A DNA stretch of 61,195 nt from Candidatus Micrarchaeia archaeon (GCA_046538155.1 JBKHJL010000002.1:1-61195); one strand, 5' to 3'. Numbered from the stretch's first letter, positions 44,996-53,220 are shown. Translations and numbers: made by a program. The notes: a model not told the origin generated them from the letters alone.

Positions 44996-46038
44996 TGGAC
45001 GGTTGGATAATGATATCTGCAGTTGCGGTAATGCTTTCTGCACTGCTTGCAGCAATAATGATAATGGCCTCCCGCCTTATGCAGCTTCCTGACCTTGAGC
45101 AATGGGCAAAGTCCGAGCTGGTCTTCTCCCTTTCTACGGTTTTTGTATTGCTTTTCCTGATTTCCATAATTGAGTTTGCCGAGCCTCTCCTGGTAGACGT
45201 GATAAAGGAGATTACCGAATTCAATTTCGGGCAGCAGAGTGGCCAGATACCTGTGATCCCCTCAGGGGAAGAGGCCACTCTCATGGACTATGCCCTTGCT
45301 TACATGCACTCTGTTTTTTCCTGCATAAAATCATTTTTCAAGTTTCTGCTGAAGCTAAATTTTCCCCTGGAATTAGCAGCTTCATTCAGCGTGGATGTTT
45401 TCATGTTTGATGCAGTAGGGGGATGGGCTTACAAGGGTCCGGTCCAGACAATCAAGAATTTAACCAATTACATAACATTTACTCTATTCATATACTACCT
45501 GTTCATACACATTATGCGCTTTCTTGAGGCAACTGCTCTCACAATATTCATTCCCCTGGGGATAATTCTCAGGCAGTTCCCACCTACCCGGGGCTCGGGT
45601 GCATTCATACTTTCCTTTGCAATAGGTTTTTACATTGTGTTCCCGCTTGCCTATCTGCTCGTGGTTAATGTGGTTCCCCAGACATTTGCCTGCCCGGTCC
45701 TCCCTGAATTTGAGCACCTGGCTGACCTTTCGGGATATGGGGTGGGGAATGTTCATACTGTTTCTGATATGATTCTTTGGTCTGATGCCCACCAGAGCGG
45801 CGTCTGGAACACCTTTAGCGGTGTAGGCGGATACCTTGCAGGCTTTGACCTTGATCCTTTTGGAGTAATTCCTGATGCGGTTGAGTTTACTGCGGGAAGG
45901 GTTGCAGGATTTTCCATAAATCTCTGCTGCCTCCCGTTCCTTGCAATGATAATAACAATGAGTTTCATTCTCTCCAGCACGAACCTTTTCGGAGCCAATC
46001 TTCCTGAAATCGGGAGGGGGTTCATCAAGTTAATCTGA
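44992..46038 (+). CDS. paralog P6, polytopic membrane protein of unknown family
   Basis: QLPDLEQWAKSELV, FIPLGIILRQFPPTRGSGAF (nt 45568-45591) and C-terminal FGANLPEIGRGFIKLI. Confidence 0.75.
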   Translation: MMDGWIMISAVAVMLSALLAAIMIMASRLMQLPDLEQWAKSELVFSLSTVFVLLFLISIIEFAEPLLVDVIKEITEFNFGQQSGQIPVIPSGEEATLMDYALAYMHSVFSCIKSFFKFLLKLNFPLELAASFSVDVFMFDAVGGWAYKGPVQTIKNLTNYITFTLFIYYLFIHIMRFLEATALTIFIPLGIILRQFPPTRGSGAFILSFAIGFYIVFPLAYLLVVNVVPQTFACPVLPEFEHLADLSGYGVGNVHTVSDMILWSDAHQSGVWNTFSGVGGYLAGFDLDPFGVIPDAVEFTAGRVAGFSINLCCLPFLAMIITMSFILSSTNLFGANLPEIGRGFIKLI

Positions 46039-47007
46039 TTTGCGGAACAGGTAGTGGTAGAATGGGTTTTTTTCCACCCCTCTTTTCAGGAGCTCAATAT
46101 CATACCCCTCTTTCTCAAGTTTTTTTGCTTCCGCCTCTATTTCAGCGGCATCCATGTAGTCCAGCTTTTCAACTTCTACTGCAAAAAGTTTCTGGTCCAG
46201 CATTCTCCCTACAAAATCGTCCTGCGCCTCCACTCTGCCCCCGCATTTTTTCTCCAGCCACCCGAAATCAACATCAACAGTGTACTGCTCTCCGTACTTC
46301 CTCACAACCGAGCTGTTCCATATTTCCGGGGTAAGCGCTTCCATTTCCCCTTCTCCGCAGAATCCATACTCAAAAATGCTTATTCCTCCACCACCAATGA
46401 TTTTTCTCTTCCATTTTTCCACCAGCTTAATTGCCTCAATGTTCACAGGAACCCAGTAGCCCTCAGGGACGCTCTCCATCCTTTCTCTTGCAATCGCGGG
46501 AATACCTGGCTGCTCCCATATAGCAAGTTCCCCGTTGTTCCAGCCCACTTCGTAAGTCTTTCCCCTCTGTTTCATAAATACTCTTGCAGGGATGTCATCT
46601 AGTATTTCATTCCCCCGTATCCAGAATGCATTGCCCATTTTTTCTGCTTCTTCTGCAGGGGCACACACGGATTCAACCGCATGTCCCTCCAGCTTTTCCT
46701 CTGCCCCATCCAGCATTTTCCTGCTTATGTCCCATAATGTATATGCGATTCTCTTGCCCACGGAAGGGTCTATCCTGTTCAGGTTTTCAAGGAATTTTTT
46801 GGCAAAATTGCCGTCCCCCACCCCAAATTCATAAATCCTGAGTTCTCCCTCAGTTTCCCGCGCACTCTCCAGGAATTCCAGTGCACAGGCCCTGCCCAGC
46901 CTTGCGGATGCTGCAAATGTCTTGAAATCCTGGTAGATGTGTTTTCCCCTCTCAGGGTAATACCTGCGGTTGGTCCTCTCCATAAGCTTTGCAATATTCT
47001 CCATCAT
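46030..47007 (-). CDS. class I SAM-dependent methyltransferase (MidA/COG1565-like)
   Basis: SAM motif I is RIYEFGVGDGNFAKKF. The ORF track extends to 47151 across the start of the divergent gene. ATG 47007 (MMENIAKL...) leaves a 49-nt AT-rich intergenic region. Confidence 0.6.
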   Translation of the reverse strand: MMENIAKLMERTNRRYYPERGKHIYQDFKTFAASARLGRACALEFLESARETEGELRIYEFGVGDGNFAKKFLENLNRIDPSVGKRIAYTLWDISRKMLDGAEEKLEGHAVESVCAPAEEAEKMGNAFWIRGNEILDDIPARVFMKQRGKTYEVGWNNGELAIWEQPGIPAIARERMESVPEGYWVPVNIEAIKLVEKWKRKIIGGGGISIFEYGFCGEGEMEALTPEIWNSSVVRKYGEQYTVDVDFGWLEKKCGGRVEAQDDFVGRMLDQKLFAVEVEKLDYMDAAEIEAEAKKLEKEGYDIELLKRGVEKNPFYHYLFRKSD

Positions 47008-47056
47008 ATCTTCCCTGGCCCGAAACAAATAATAATCATGTTCATGATATACCCGC

Positions 47057-47614
47057 ATGCAGCAGTTCGTACTTGACACAAGCCTTTTTGTCAACCCCGA
47101 CTGCAGGAAGCAGTTTGGGAAAACGCCATATTCTTCGGTTTCCGGATTCATAAAAAAAGTAAAAACAAAAAAGAAAAAAGCAGAGTTCTACATGCCCCCC
47201 ATAGTGTTCAGGGAGCTTTCTCATTTCACTGAAAAAGGCGCCTCCCGGCTTTCGACTGCAGTGAAGAAACGCGCCCCAAATCTCTATGGGATTTACATCC
47301 CTGCAGCAATCCTCTACACCTTTATAGATGATGTGCGGATGCGGGTAAATAAGGGCCTGAGGCTCGCAGAGGAGTTTGCCAGGGACAATAAGCCGGACAA
47401 CCGGGCAAAGCTCAACAAGCTCCGGGCAAAGTACCGGGAGGCGATGCGCCGGGGGATGGTTGATTCCAAGGAAGACCTTGAGGTTATCCTGCTTGCCTAT
47501 GAGCTTGGGGCAACAATTGTGACCTCGGATGAGGGGATGGTTGAGATGGCAAATAAGATAGGTGTTGAATGGATAGAGGCGGAGAGGTTCGCCGCACTCC
47601 TAAAATCAATTTGA
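47057..47614 (+). CDS. HARP-family PIN-like protein (homolog of Aquifex protein-only RNase P; 'RNA ligase partner' UPF0278 family)
   Basis: The N-terminus QQFVLDTSLFVNPD and C-terminus KYREAMRRGMVDSKEDLEVILLAYELGATIVTSDEGM closely match the Aq_880/HARP signature as I recall it (FVLDTSVFTNPD ... [33 protein letters not shown]). The size (185 aa) fits. Confidence 0.75.
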   Translation: MQQFVLDTSLFVNPDCRKQFGKTPYSSVSGFIKKVKTKKKKAEFYMPPIVFRELSHFTEKGASRLSTAVKKRAPNLYGIYIPAAILYTFIDDVRMRVNKGLRLAEEFARDNKPDNRAKLNKLRAKYREAMRRGMVDSKEDLEVILLAYELGATIVTSDEGMVEMANKIGVEWIEAERFAALLKSI

Positions 47615-47659
47615 TTTAAAAATATTTCTTTAGCCTAATTCCCGCGTTTGGTGATTTTT

Positions 47660-48106
47660 ATGCCCTCCAGAAAAATCCACAAATCTGCCCCGCTGGCTGA
47701 ACGCAGCCCCACCCTCCGTAAGGCAGGAGGGGTTTCAGGACTCCAGCGCCTCCCCCGCTGGGAAAAATATCTTAAGCTGGGGGATGCTGCAGAGGAGCTG
47801 GGTCTTGGCCTGGCACATCTTGAATGGAGAATCCGGGCGTATTTCACTGCGCTGGAATGCGGAGAGTATCCTGCCGCACAGAAAATAGGGATGCGCCATT
47901 TTAGCGAAAAAGAGGTGCGCGTTGCCGAAAGCCTTCAGGTGCTCGGGGAAAATGCCCGCTCCGGGAGGCTAAACTCAGAGTTGCGGCCTCTTGCCGAGGA
48001 TGCCCTTTCAGCAGGGGTTCCGCGGGAACTGGTTGCATGGGAGCTTGCAAAACATCGTGCTCCTGGCCTGAATTTTAGGAGCTGGAAAAGTATTATGCAG
48101 CCTTAG
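47660..48106 (+). CDS. hypothetical protein, R/A/G/L-rich, possible HTH
   Basis: The ORF lies between the HARP and RNA ligase genes. YLKLGDAAEELGLGLAHLEWRIR could be an HTH. Its composition differs from the K/E-rich neighbours, so coding status is uncertain. Confidence 0.4.
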   Translation: MPSRKIHKSAPLAERSPTLRKAGGVSGLQRLPRWEKYLKLGDAAEELGLGLAHLEWRIRAYFTALECGEYPAAQKIGMRHFSEKEVRVAESLQVLGENARSGRLNSELRPLAEDALSAGVPRELVAWELAKHRAPGLNFRSWKSIMQP

Positions 48107-48112
48107 GCTCAT

Positions 48113-49180
48113 CTAATCTGCCTGAGCATACCCTTTTATTGCCCTCCTCACCCTCCTGCTCCCCTTCTTGTAAACTTTTCTGAATTTTATTCTTGTTCCC
48201 CCGTTTTCTTTTTTTTCCGAATCAACCTCTATCCGGACCTCATCCGACATGTGCTCCAGGACTTTTTTCCAGATTTTCTTTTTTTTCACGAGCACTTCAA
48301 ATTTCTCGCTCACTTCTCCTCCCTTCTTTATTGCGGTATAAAGGTTTTTGTGCAGAGCCCTGCCCATCCTCTCATCATATTTATCTTTGTCCAGGCCCAG
48401 TTCAGAAATGGATATTGCGCTCCTGAAGACTCTCTGCTTCATGAATCCTGCAGGCATATCAAATATCATGTGTGAGTTTTTTGCAAGGTCTTCTATCTCA
48501 GAAGAAGGCACTACATATTTGATTATTTTCCTCGGGTTTTGCTGTTTTAGAACAATTCCTTCTCCTCCGCTTCTTTCCACCTGTATCGCTGCTTTTTTAA
48601 GTTCCCTGGAATCCGGATTCTCCAGTTTCTTTACCAGTGGTGCGGATTCCATTCCATATTTCCTGCAGAGTTTTCTTTTTTCCCTTGTTGAACTGAAATC
48701 AAGCTTTCCGTCGCTTATGTCAAACACATAATATTTTACATCATATTTTTTTGCAGGCGGGGTGTAGGGGGTGCACCCAACCATTTCCATGTGAAGAACT
48801 TTTTCCGGGTGGTCTTTGAAGAATTCCACAACCTCTTCCATGTCCAAAATTTTCTCTGTTGCAAAATAGTCCAGGAATCCTCCACGTGAAAGGCACACAA
48901 GCTCTCCTCCCTCGCAGGCAACCCGCAGGTTGAATCCGTCAATCTTTTCCTCTACCCATGTCTCCTTGTTCTCAAGGTTCCTTTCCGCTCCCCTGGAAAG
49001 CGAAAAAACCCTTCTTATTTTCGGGTAACCATAAACAACCCGCTCTCCGATTATCACTGTTCCCCGCGGAATATTCCCTATCCTGTCTGAGAAGCGGTAG
49101 ATTCCGTCCCTCTGTTCTATCTTCCCTTTTCTGATTGCATCCCTGACTTTTTTCCTCAGCCCCTTATTAAGTTCCTTCAT
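48113..49180 (-). CDS. ATP-dependent RNA ligase, Pab1020/Rnl3 family
   Basis: The nucleotidyltransferase motif I is VEEKIDGFNLRV (KxDG), and EGIVLK is a motif IV-like segment. The track ORF extends to 49297 through a K/R-rich stretch that overlaps the antiporter 3' end. I prefer ATG 49180 (MKELNKGLRKK...). Confidence 0.75.
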   Translation of the reverse strand: MKELNKGLRKKVRDAIRKGKIEQRDGIYRFSDRIGNIPRGTVIIGERVVYGYPKIRRVFSLSRGAERNLENKETWVEEKIDGFNLRVACEGGELVCLSRGGFLDYFATEKILDMEEVVEFFKDHPEKVLHMEMVGCTPYTPPAKKYDVKYYVFDISDGKLDFSSTREKRKLCRKYGMESAPLVKKLENPDSRELKKAAIQVERSGGEGIVLKQQNPRKIIKYVVPSSEIEDLAKNSHMIFDMPAGFMKQRVFRSAISISELGLDKDKYDERMGRALHKNLYTAIKKGGEVSEKFEVLVKKKKIWKKVLEHMSDEVRIEVDSEKKENGGTRIKFRKVYKKGSRRVRRAIKGYAQAD

Positions 49181-50513
49181 CTTCCTCAACCACTGTTTTC
49201 TGGATTTCAGCCTTTTTCTTCTTTTTGGGTTTTTTTGCCGTATCCTCTCCTTCCCCTGCATTTTCTTTCTCTTTTTTTGCCGGCTTCCCGTTACCAAACA
49301 TTACCGCCCCTGCAGTTGTCATGATAATGCTTGTGATTATTACCACGAATGCAATCTGGGGAAAAGAAGAGAACATCTTATATAGTATATTAAACTCACC
49401 TGCATCAAGCAGACTGGATTTTTCCAGGAGCATTGCTGCAGGATAGGTGGCCATGATTGCGGTTGCCAGCCCCCTTGGCATCAGCACAGTGAGTTGCGGC
49501 CTGAATTCCAGCAGGTCGCTTTTCCAGGTGGAAACCCAGACAGCTGCAGTTCGCACCGCAAGCAGGAGCAGGGTTATTCCTATTCCCACAAGCACCAGCC
49601 CCAAATCAGTAATATTCACTATAGTCCCGAGGAACACAAAGAAGAATGTACGCACAAGGAAGGAAATTTCGTTCTGGAATTTGCTTACTCCCGGCTCTTC
49701 CGCAACTCCTTCAAACTTCAACATCTTACCGATTTCCCCCATGTTCCCCAGCATAAATCCAAAAACGAGTGCGGCAATTGCTCCGCTTCCTCCTGTAATC
49801 TCTGTAATTATGTAAAGCACAAGCATTATCGCGAGCGTGAGCATATAGAAGAAATTCAGCGTCCTTAGTTTTGGGCTCAGCCCCATCCATGCCATTCCGA
49901 ATATTACCCCGAGCACCGCACCTATTGAGAAGCTGGACACCACGCTTTGGGTTGTGCCCTGGATGCTTGCATGTCCTGAGATGAAGGCGCCGGTCAGGGA
50001 CAGGACGAGCACCACTGCAACAACATCGGTTATTGAGGATTCTATGGTTATTGTCTGCCTGGCCTTTTCACTTATCTTCATTCCCCTGGCTATGGGAATC
50101 ACTATTGCGGAGCCGGTCCCTGCCACTACCGAACCAAGTATTATTCCTGAGAAAAGGCTGTTTCCCATAAGTGCCCAGGCAGCTGCAACCGCACCTATTG
50201 CAAAAGCAAGCCCCAGCACGCTGAGGATTATCCCCCTCCCGCTCTCGTGAACGAGCCGGTAGATGTTCAGCTGCGTCCCTCCGTCAAAAAGAAGTATCAG
50301 CAGGGCAAGCGGGGCAAAGATATATTCCAGCCCCACCATTGTATCTACATCAACTATCCCTGTCACCGGCCCCAGCAGGTACCCTGTTGCAAGCAGCAGC
50401 AGTACGGAAGGGATTCCATATCTCCTGAATATAATCTCCCCCAGGAAGCCCACCAGTATTATCCCGGCAAAAATCGCGAAGGCAACCAGTGTAGCAAATG
50501 CCATGCATCCCAC
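49167..50513 (-). CDS. cation:proton (Na+/H+) antiporter, CPA family, with K/E-rich C-terminal tail
   Basis: About 11-12 TM helices with Na_H_Exchanger-like segments (LLLATGYLLGP, LILLFDGG). The tail is GKPAKKEKENAGEGEDTAKKPKKKKKAE. Confidence 0.75.
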   Translation of the reverse strand: MGCMAFATLVAFAIFAGIILVGFLGEIIFRRYGIPSVLLLLATGYLLGPVTGIVDVDTMVGLEYIFAPLALLILLFDGGTQLNIYRLVHESGRGIILSVLGLAFAIGAVAAAWALMGNSLFSGIILGSVVAGTGSAIVIPIARGMKISEKARQTITIESSITDVVAVVLVLSLTGAFISGHASIQGTTQSVVSSFSIGAVLGVIFGMAWMGLSPKLRTLNFFYMLTLAIMLVLYIITEITGGSGAIAALVFGFMLGNMGEIGKMLKFEGVAEEPGVSKFQNEISFLVRTFFFVFLGTIVNITDLGLVLVGIGITLLLLAVRTAAVWVSTWKSDLLEFRPQLTVLMPRGLATAIMATYPAAMLLEKSSLLDAGEFNILYKMFSSFPQIAFVVIITSIIMTTAGAVMFGNGKPAKKEKENAGEGEDTAKKPKKKKKAEIQKTVVEEDEGT

Positions 50514-51026
50514 CTACCAGGGTACTTTCTTAAGCCCTGCCCTGTTTGCCGCAAGGTTTGCCCCCATGTGGAGCAGGTATGACACAACCAGTATGAATGC
50601 GATGTTTGGAAGGACATATACTTCTTTTGCAAAAGGGTATGCAAAAACCAGAGCCCCTATCACGAAGTCTGCCTGGTCAAGCACCTTTGAATGCATCCCG
50701 GGTTTAATCCCCATCCTTCTTTTTATGAAGCTCCCGCCCGCATCCCCGACCAGGGCCCCCACTGCGAGCATTGAGCCGGAAAGGAAAAGCACTTCGCGGT
50801 TTCCAAAAAGCAGCGTGGGCCAGGCAAGCGAGATAAGCCCTGATGCAAGTACACCCGCTGCAATTCCCCCGGCGAATCCCTGCACCGTTTTGGTTTTTCC
50901 AAACAGCCCCATCCCGTCCCCGAGCTTAATTCCGCCGTCAAGGCGGTACCCACCTCCAATAAGTACGGGTGCGGCATTCGCGACGTAGCATGGAAGCATG
51001 AATGCAAGGAGCTCCAGAAACACCAT
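50514..51026 (-). CDS. carS: CDP-archaeol synthase (CarS, DUF46 family)
   Basis: LPCYVANAAPVL...LDGG...GDGMGLFGKTKTVQGFAGG...GDAGGSFIKRRMGIKPG...LDQADF matches the CarS pattern as I recall it. Confidence 0.75.
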   Translation of the reverse strand: MVFLELLAFMLPCYVANAAPVLIGGGYRLDGGIKLGDGMGLFGKTKTVQGFAGGIAAGVLASGLISLAWPTLLFGNREVLFLSGSMLAVGALVGDAGGSFIKRRMGIKPGMHSKVLDQADFVIGALVFAYPFAKEVYVLPNIAFILVVSYLLHMGANLAANRAGLKKVPW

Positions 51027-51124
51027 TTTATTCTCCTCCCCCTTCCCAATTAATATTTATAAACCGAACCTCTATTTTTCCCAATCAGTTAAGTATATAA
51101 ACATTATTTAACACAATATTTACT

Positions 51125-52195
51125 ATGAATTCCCACCAAAACCCTCCCCACAGCCCAAACCAGCAGGTTGAGGAGGCACTGGAAGGACTCTGTTCACATT
51201 CTTCCACAGACAGAATTAGTGCTGCACAGGAGCTCCAGGAGCTCGCCGGCAGCATGGTCTCTGCCCAGAGACCCAGGGTAATGGCAGCACTGGCCCGCAT
51301 GCTTGAAAGCGCTTCTGATTATACGGAAGTTGTTTTTGGACTCCATTCCTTCTCAGTTGTGGCTTCAGGAGAAATGCCCGCTTATTCAGAAGAAGAGATT
51401 TTCAGCAAGGCGACTGCCGCAGAAAGAGTTGTCACAGTATGCGGCCACACTCTTAAGGTTCTTGACAACTCAAAGGACGCCCAGGTTATCCGCATTGGGG
51501 CAAAATCGCTTTCACGCATTTTTGAAGCGTCTGGAAAAGAAGAGAGGAATTCCTTCCTTTTCAGGGCCCTCTCAGGCAGCAAACTGGAAAAGATGGTTGC
51601 CTTGTCTTCAATACACTCCATGGATTATCAGGATGAGGCAGTTGCCACAAAGGTTGCATTCTGCACCCAGGACTGGGACCATGAAGTCTGCAACAGGGCA
51701 GAAGAAGTTTTCCGCAAGATTTCACAGTATAAGGATGATAAGGGAAGATTGGTCAAGCACCCGCTCAGGGGACTGGTTCTTGAGGAAAACAGTGAAAAAC
51801 TGCCCAGGCACATCAAGAGGTATCTTAAGAAGAATGGGGAAGATTCCAATGCGGCAAAACTCCTTAAGGCATTTGCAATAACCGGCTTTGTCCGGGGTCT
51901 GGAAAACGGTACAACTATTGCAGAGGAGCTTGCGCGAATGGGCAATCTTTCAGATTCGGATATTGACAGGCACGGCAATAATGCAAAGGAAGGTGGCAGT
52001 GGCCACTCTTCCTGCCCCAATCCTGACAAGCAGCTGGACAGGCTGCGTTCTCTTGTTTCAGAAAAAGGTGGCTTTTCAGTGCGCAGGAGCCTTCCCCGCA
52101 GAGGCACACCCTCATCTCCGCCCCAGGGCGGGCACAAACCCCAGAAAAAAATACCGTTCACTTCCTGGACACTTGCCGGGAAAATGGTTAATTAG
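51125..52195 (+). CDS. hypothetical protein, helical (HEAT-like) N-terminal part and basic C-terminal tail
   Basis: 356-aa ORF preceded by an AT-rich promoter-like region. No specific family recognised. Confidence 0.5.
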   Translation: MNSHQNPPHSPNQQVEEALEGLCSHSSTDRISAAQELQELAGSMVSAQRPRVMAALARMLESASDYTEVVFGLHSFSVVASGEMPAYSEEEIFSKATAAERVVTVCGHTLKVLDNSKDAQVIRIGAKSLSRIFEASGKEERNSFLFRALSGSKLEKMVALSSIHSMDYQDEAVATKVAFCTQDWDHEVCNRAEEVFRKISQYKDDKGRLVKHPLRGLVLEENSEKLPRHIKRYLKKNGEDSNAAKLLKAFAITGFVRGLENGTTIAEELARMGNLSDSDIDRHGNNAKEGGSGHSSCPNPDKQLDRLRSLVSEKGGFSVRRSLPRRGTPSSPPQGGHKPQKKIPFTSWTLAGKMVN

Positions 52196-52269
52196 GTCTG
52201 TGGGCCCTGCAGCAGCAGACCGATAGTTATTTAATTATCATTTTCCATCTTTTTCAAACAGGTGGGCTG

Positions 52270-53220
52270 ATGTCTGATAATAAATACATTCACCGCAAGC
52301 AAACTGAGGGGAAGGGAATAAAATTTCCATACCTGGTGCTCGCATTCCTTACCCTGGGCTTTCTTGCAATGATTATTTCAGTTTTTATTTCAATGGCTTC
52401 CAAGGGCCCTGTTTTTGGGAAGTGCGTTGCCGTTGTGGAAATAAACGGTGAGATTACAGCCCAATCCTCACCCACCAGCATGTTTGCGGATGGCTCCCTC
52501 GGCTCCTACGAGATTTCAAAAAGGATAAGTGCGCTCAATGAACGTGAAGATGTTTCTTCTGTGCTGTTCGTGGTCAATTCTCCGGGCGGCTCGGTAGTTG
52601 CAGCAGATGAAATCTACCGTTCGGTGGATTCAGTTGAAAAGCCGGTTGTTGCATATTTCCGGGAAACTGCTGCTTCAGGGGGATATTATATCGCCGCCCC
52701 CGCGGATTACATAGTTTCTGAGCCCAACACCCTTACCGGCTCTCTTGGAACAGTGATGTACCTTGCTGAATTCAGCGAGCTTGCAAAGGAGCTTGGGATA
52801 AGGGATGTTGTAATAAAATCAGGGGAGATGAAGGACATGGGAAACCCCATGCGCAACATGACAAAGGAAGAGGAAGCCCTTCTCCAGGATGTTGTGGAGG
52901 AAGCATTCCAGCACATGGAATCCAATATAGAGGAGCAGCGCGGGGATGCCCTCATCTACCCTGAATTCAATAAGGTGCTGGACGGAAGGGTTCTTTCCGG
53001 CAGGATGGCTCTTGAGGCAGGCCTTGTTGATGAGCTTGGCTCCAGGGATGATGCTCTTTTGAAGGCGGCCGAACTTGGCGGGGTTCGGGCGGAATCCCCG
53101 TCCGATGTGGAGGTGTGCATGATAAAGACCAAGCCGGAGGCTGCAGGGTTCTTTGACATGAGTTCTTTCATAAGCGGAATTTTCTCAGAGGAACAGACTC
53201 CTTCGCTAAGTTACCGGTGA
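52270..53220 (+). CDS. sppA: signal peptide peptidase SppA (S49, 36K type)
   Basis: An N-terminal TM is followed by VVNSPGGSVVAADEIY, AASGGYYIAAPADYIV and GSLG. An AGGTGGG Shine-Dalgarno lies upstream. Confidence 0.85.
   Translation: MSDNKYIHRKQTEGKGIKFPYLVLAFLTLGFLAMIISVFISMASKGPVFGKCVAVVEINGEITAQSSPTSMFADGSLGSYEISKRISALNEREDVSSVLFVVNSPGGSVVAADEIYRSVDSVEKPVVAYFRETAASGGYYIAAPADYIVSEPNTLTGSLGTVMYLAEFSELAKELGIRDVVIKSGEMKDMGNPMRNMTKEEEALLQDVVEEAFQHMESNIEEQRGDALIYPEFNKVLDGRVLSGRMALEAGLVDELGSRDDALLKAAELGGVRAESPSDVEVCMIKTKPEAAGFFDMSSFISGIFSEEQTPSLSYR

Larger units (their letters stand above)
39361..46038 (+). other. tandem array of six divergent paralogous polytopic membrane-protein genes (P1-P6), translationally coupled
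   Basis: Junctions are ATGA overlaps at 40581-40584 and 44992-44995, and gaps of 1, 10 and 9 nt elsewhere. All six products share motifs (see findings). Confidence 0.85.

Noticed and set aside
47056-47059. CATG palindrome where the long forms of the divergent genes 46030-47151 (minus) and 47057-47614 (plus) would have overlapping start codons
   Set aside because: Overlapping divergent starts would leave no promoter space. The minus-strand methyltransferase more plausibly starts at ATG 47007, and the overlap is an artefact of taking the longest ORF.
49181-49297. K/R-rich N-terminal extension of the RNA ligase ORF (MVTGSRQKKRKKMQGKERIRQKNPKRRKRLKSRKQWLRK)
   Set aside because: It is the out-of-frame reading of the antiporter's K/E-rich C-terminal tail. 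The ligase homology begins after ATG 49180.
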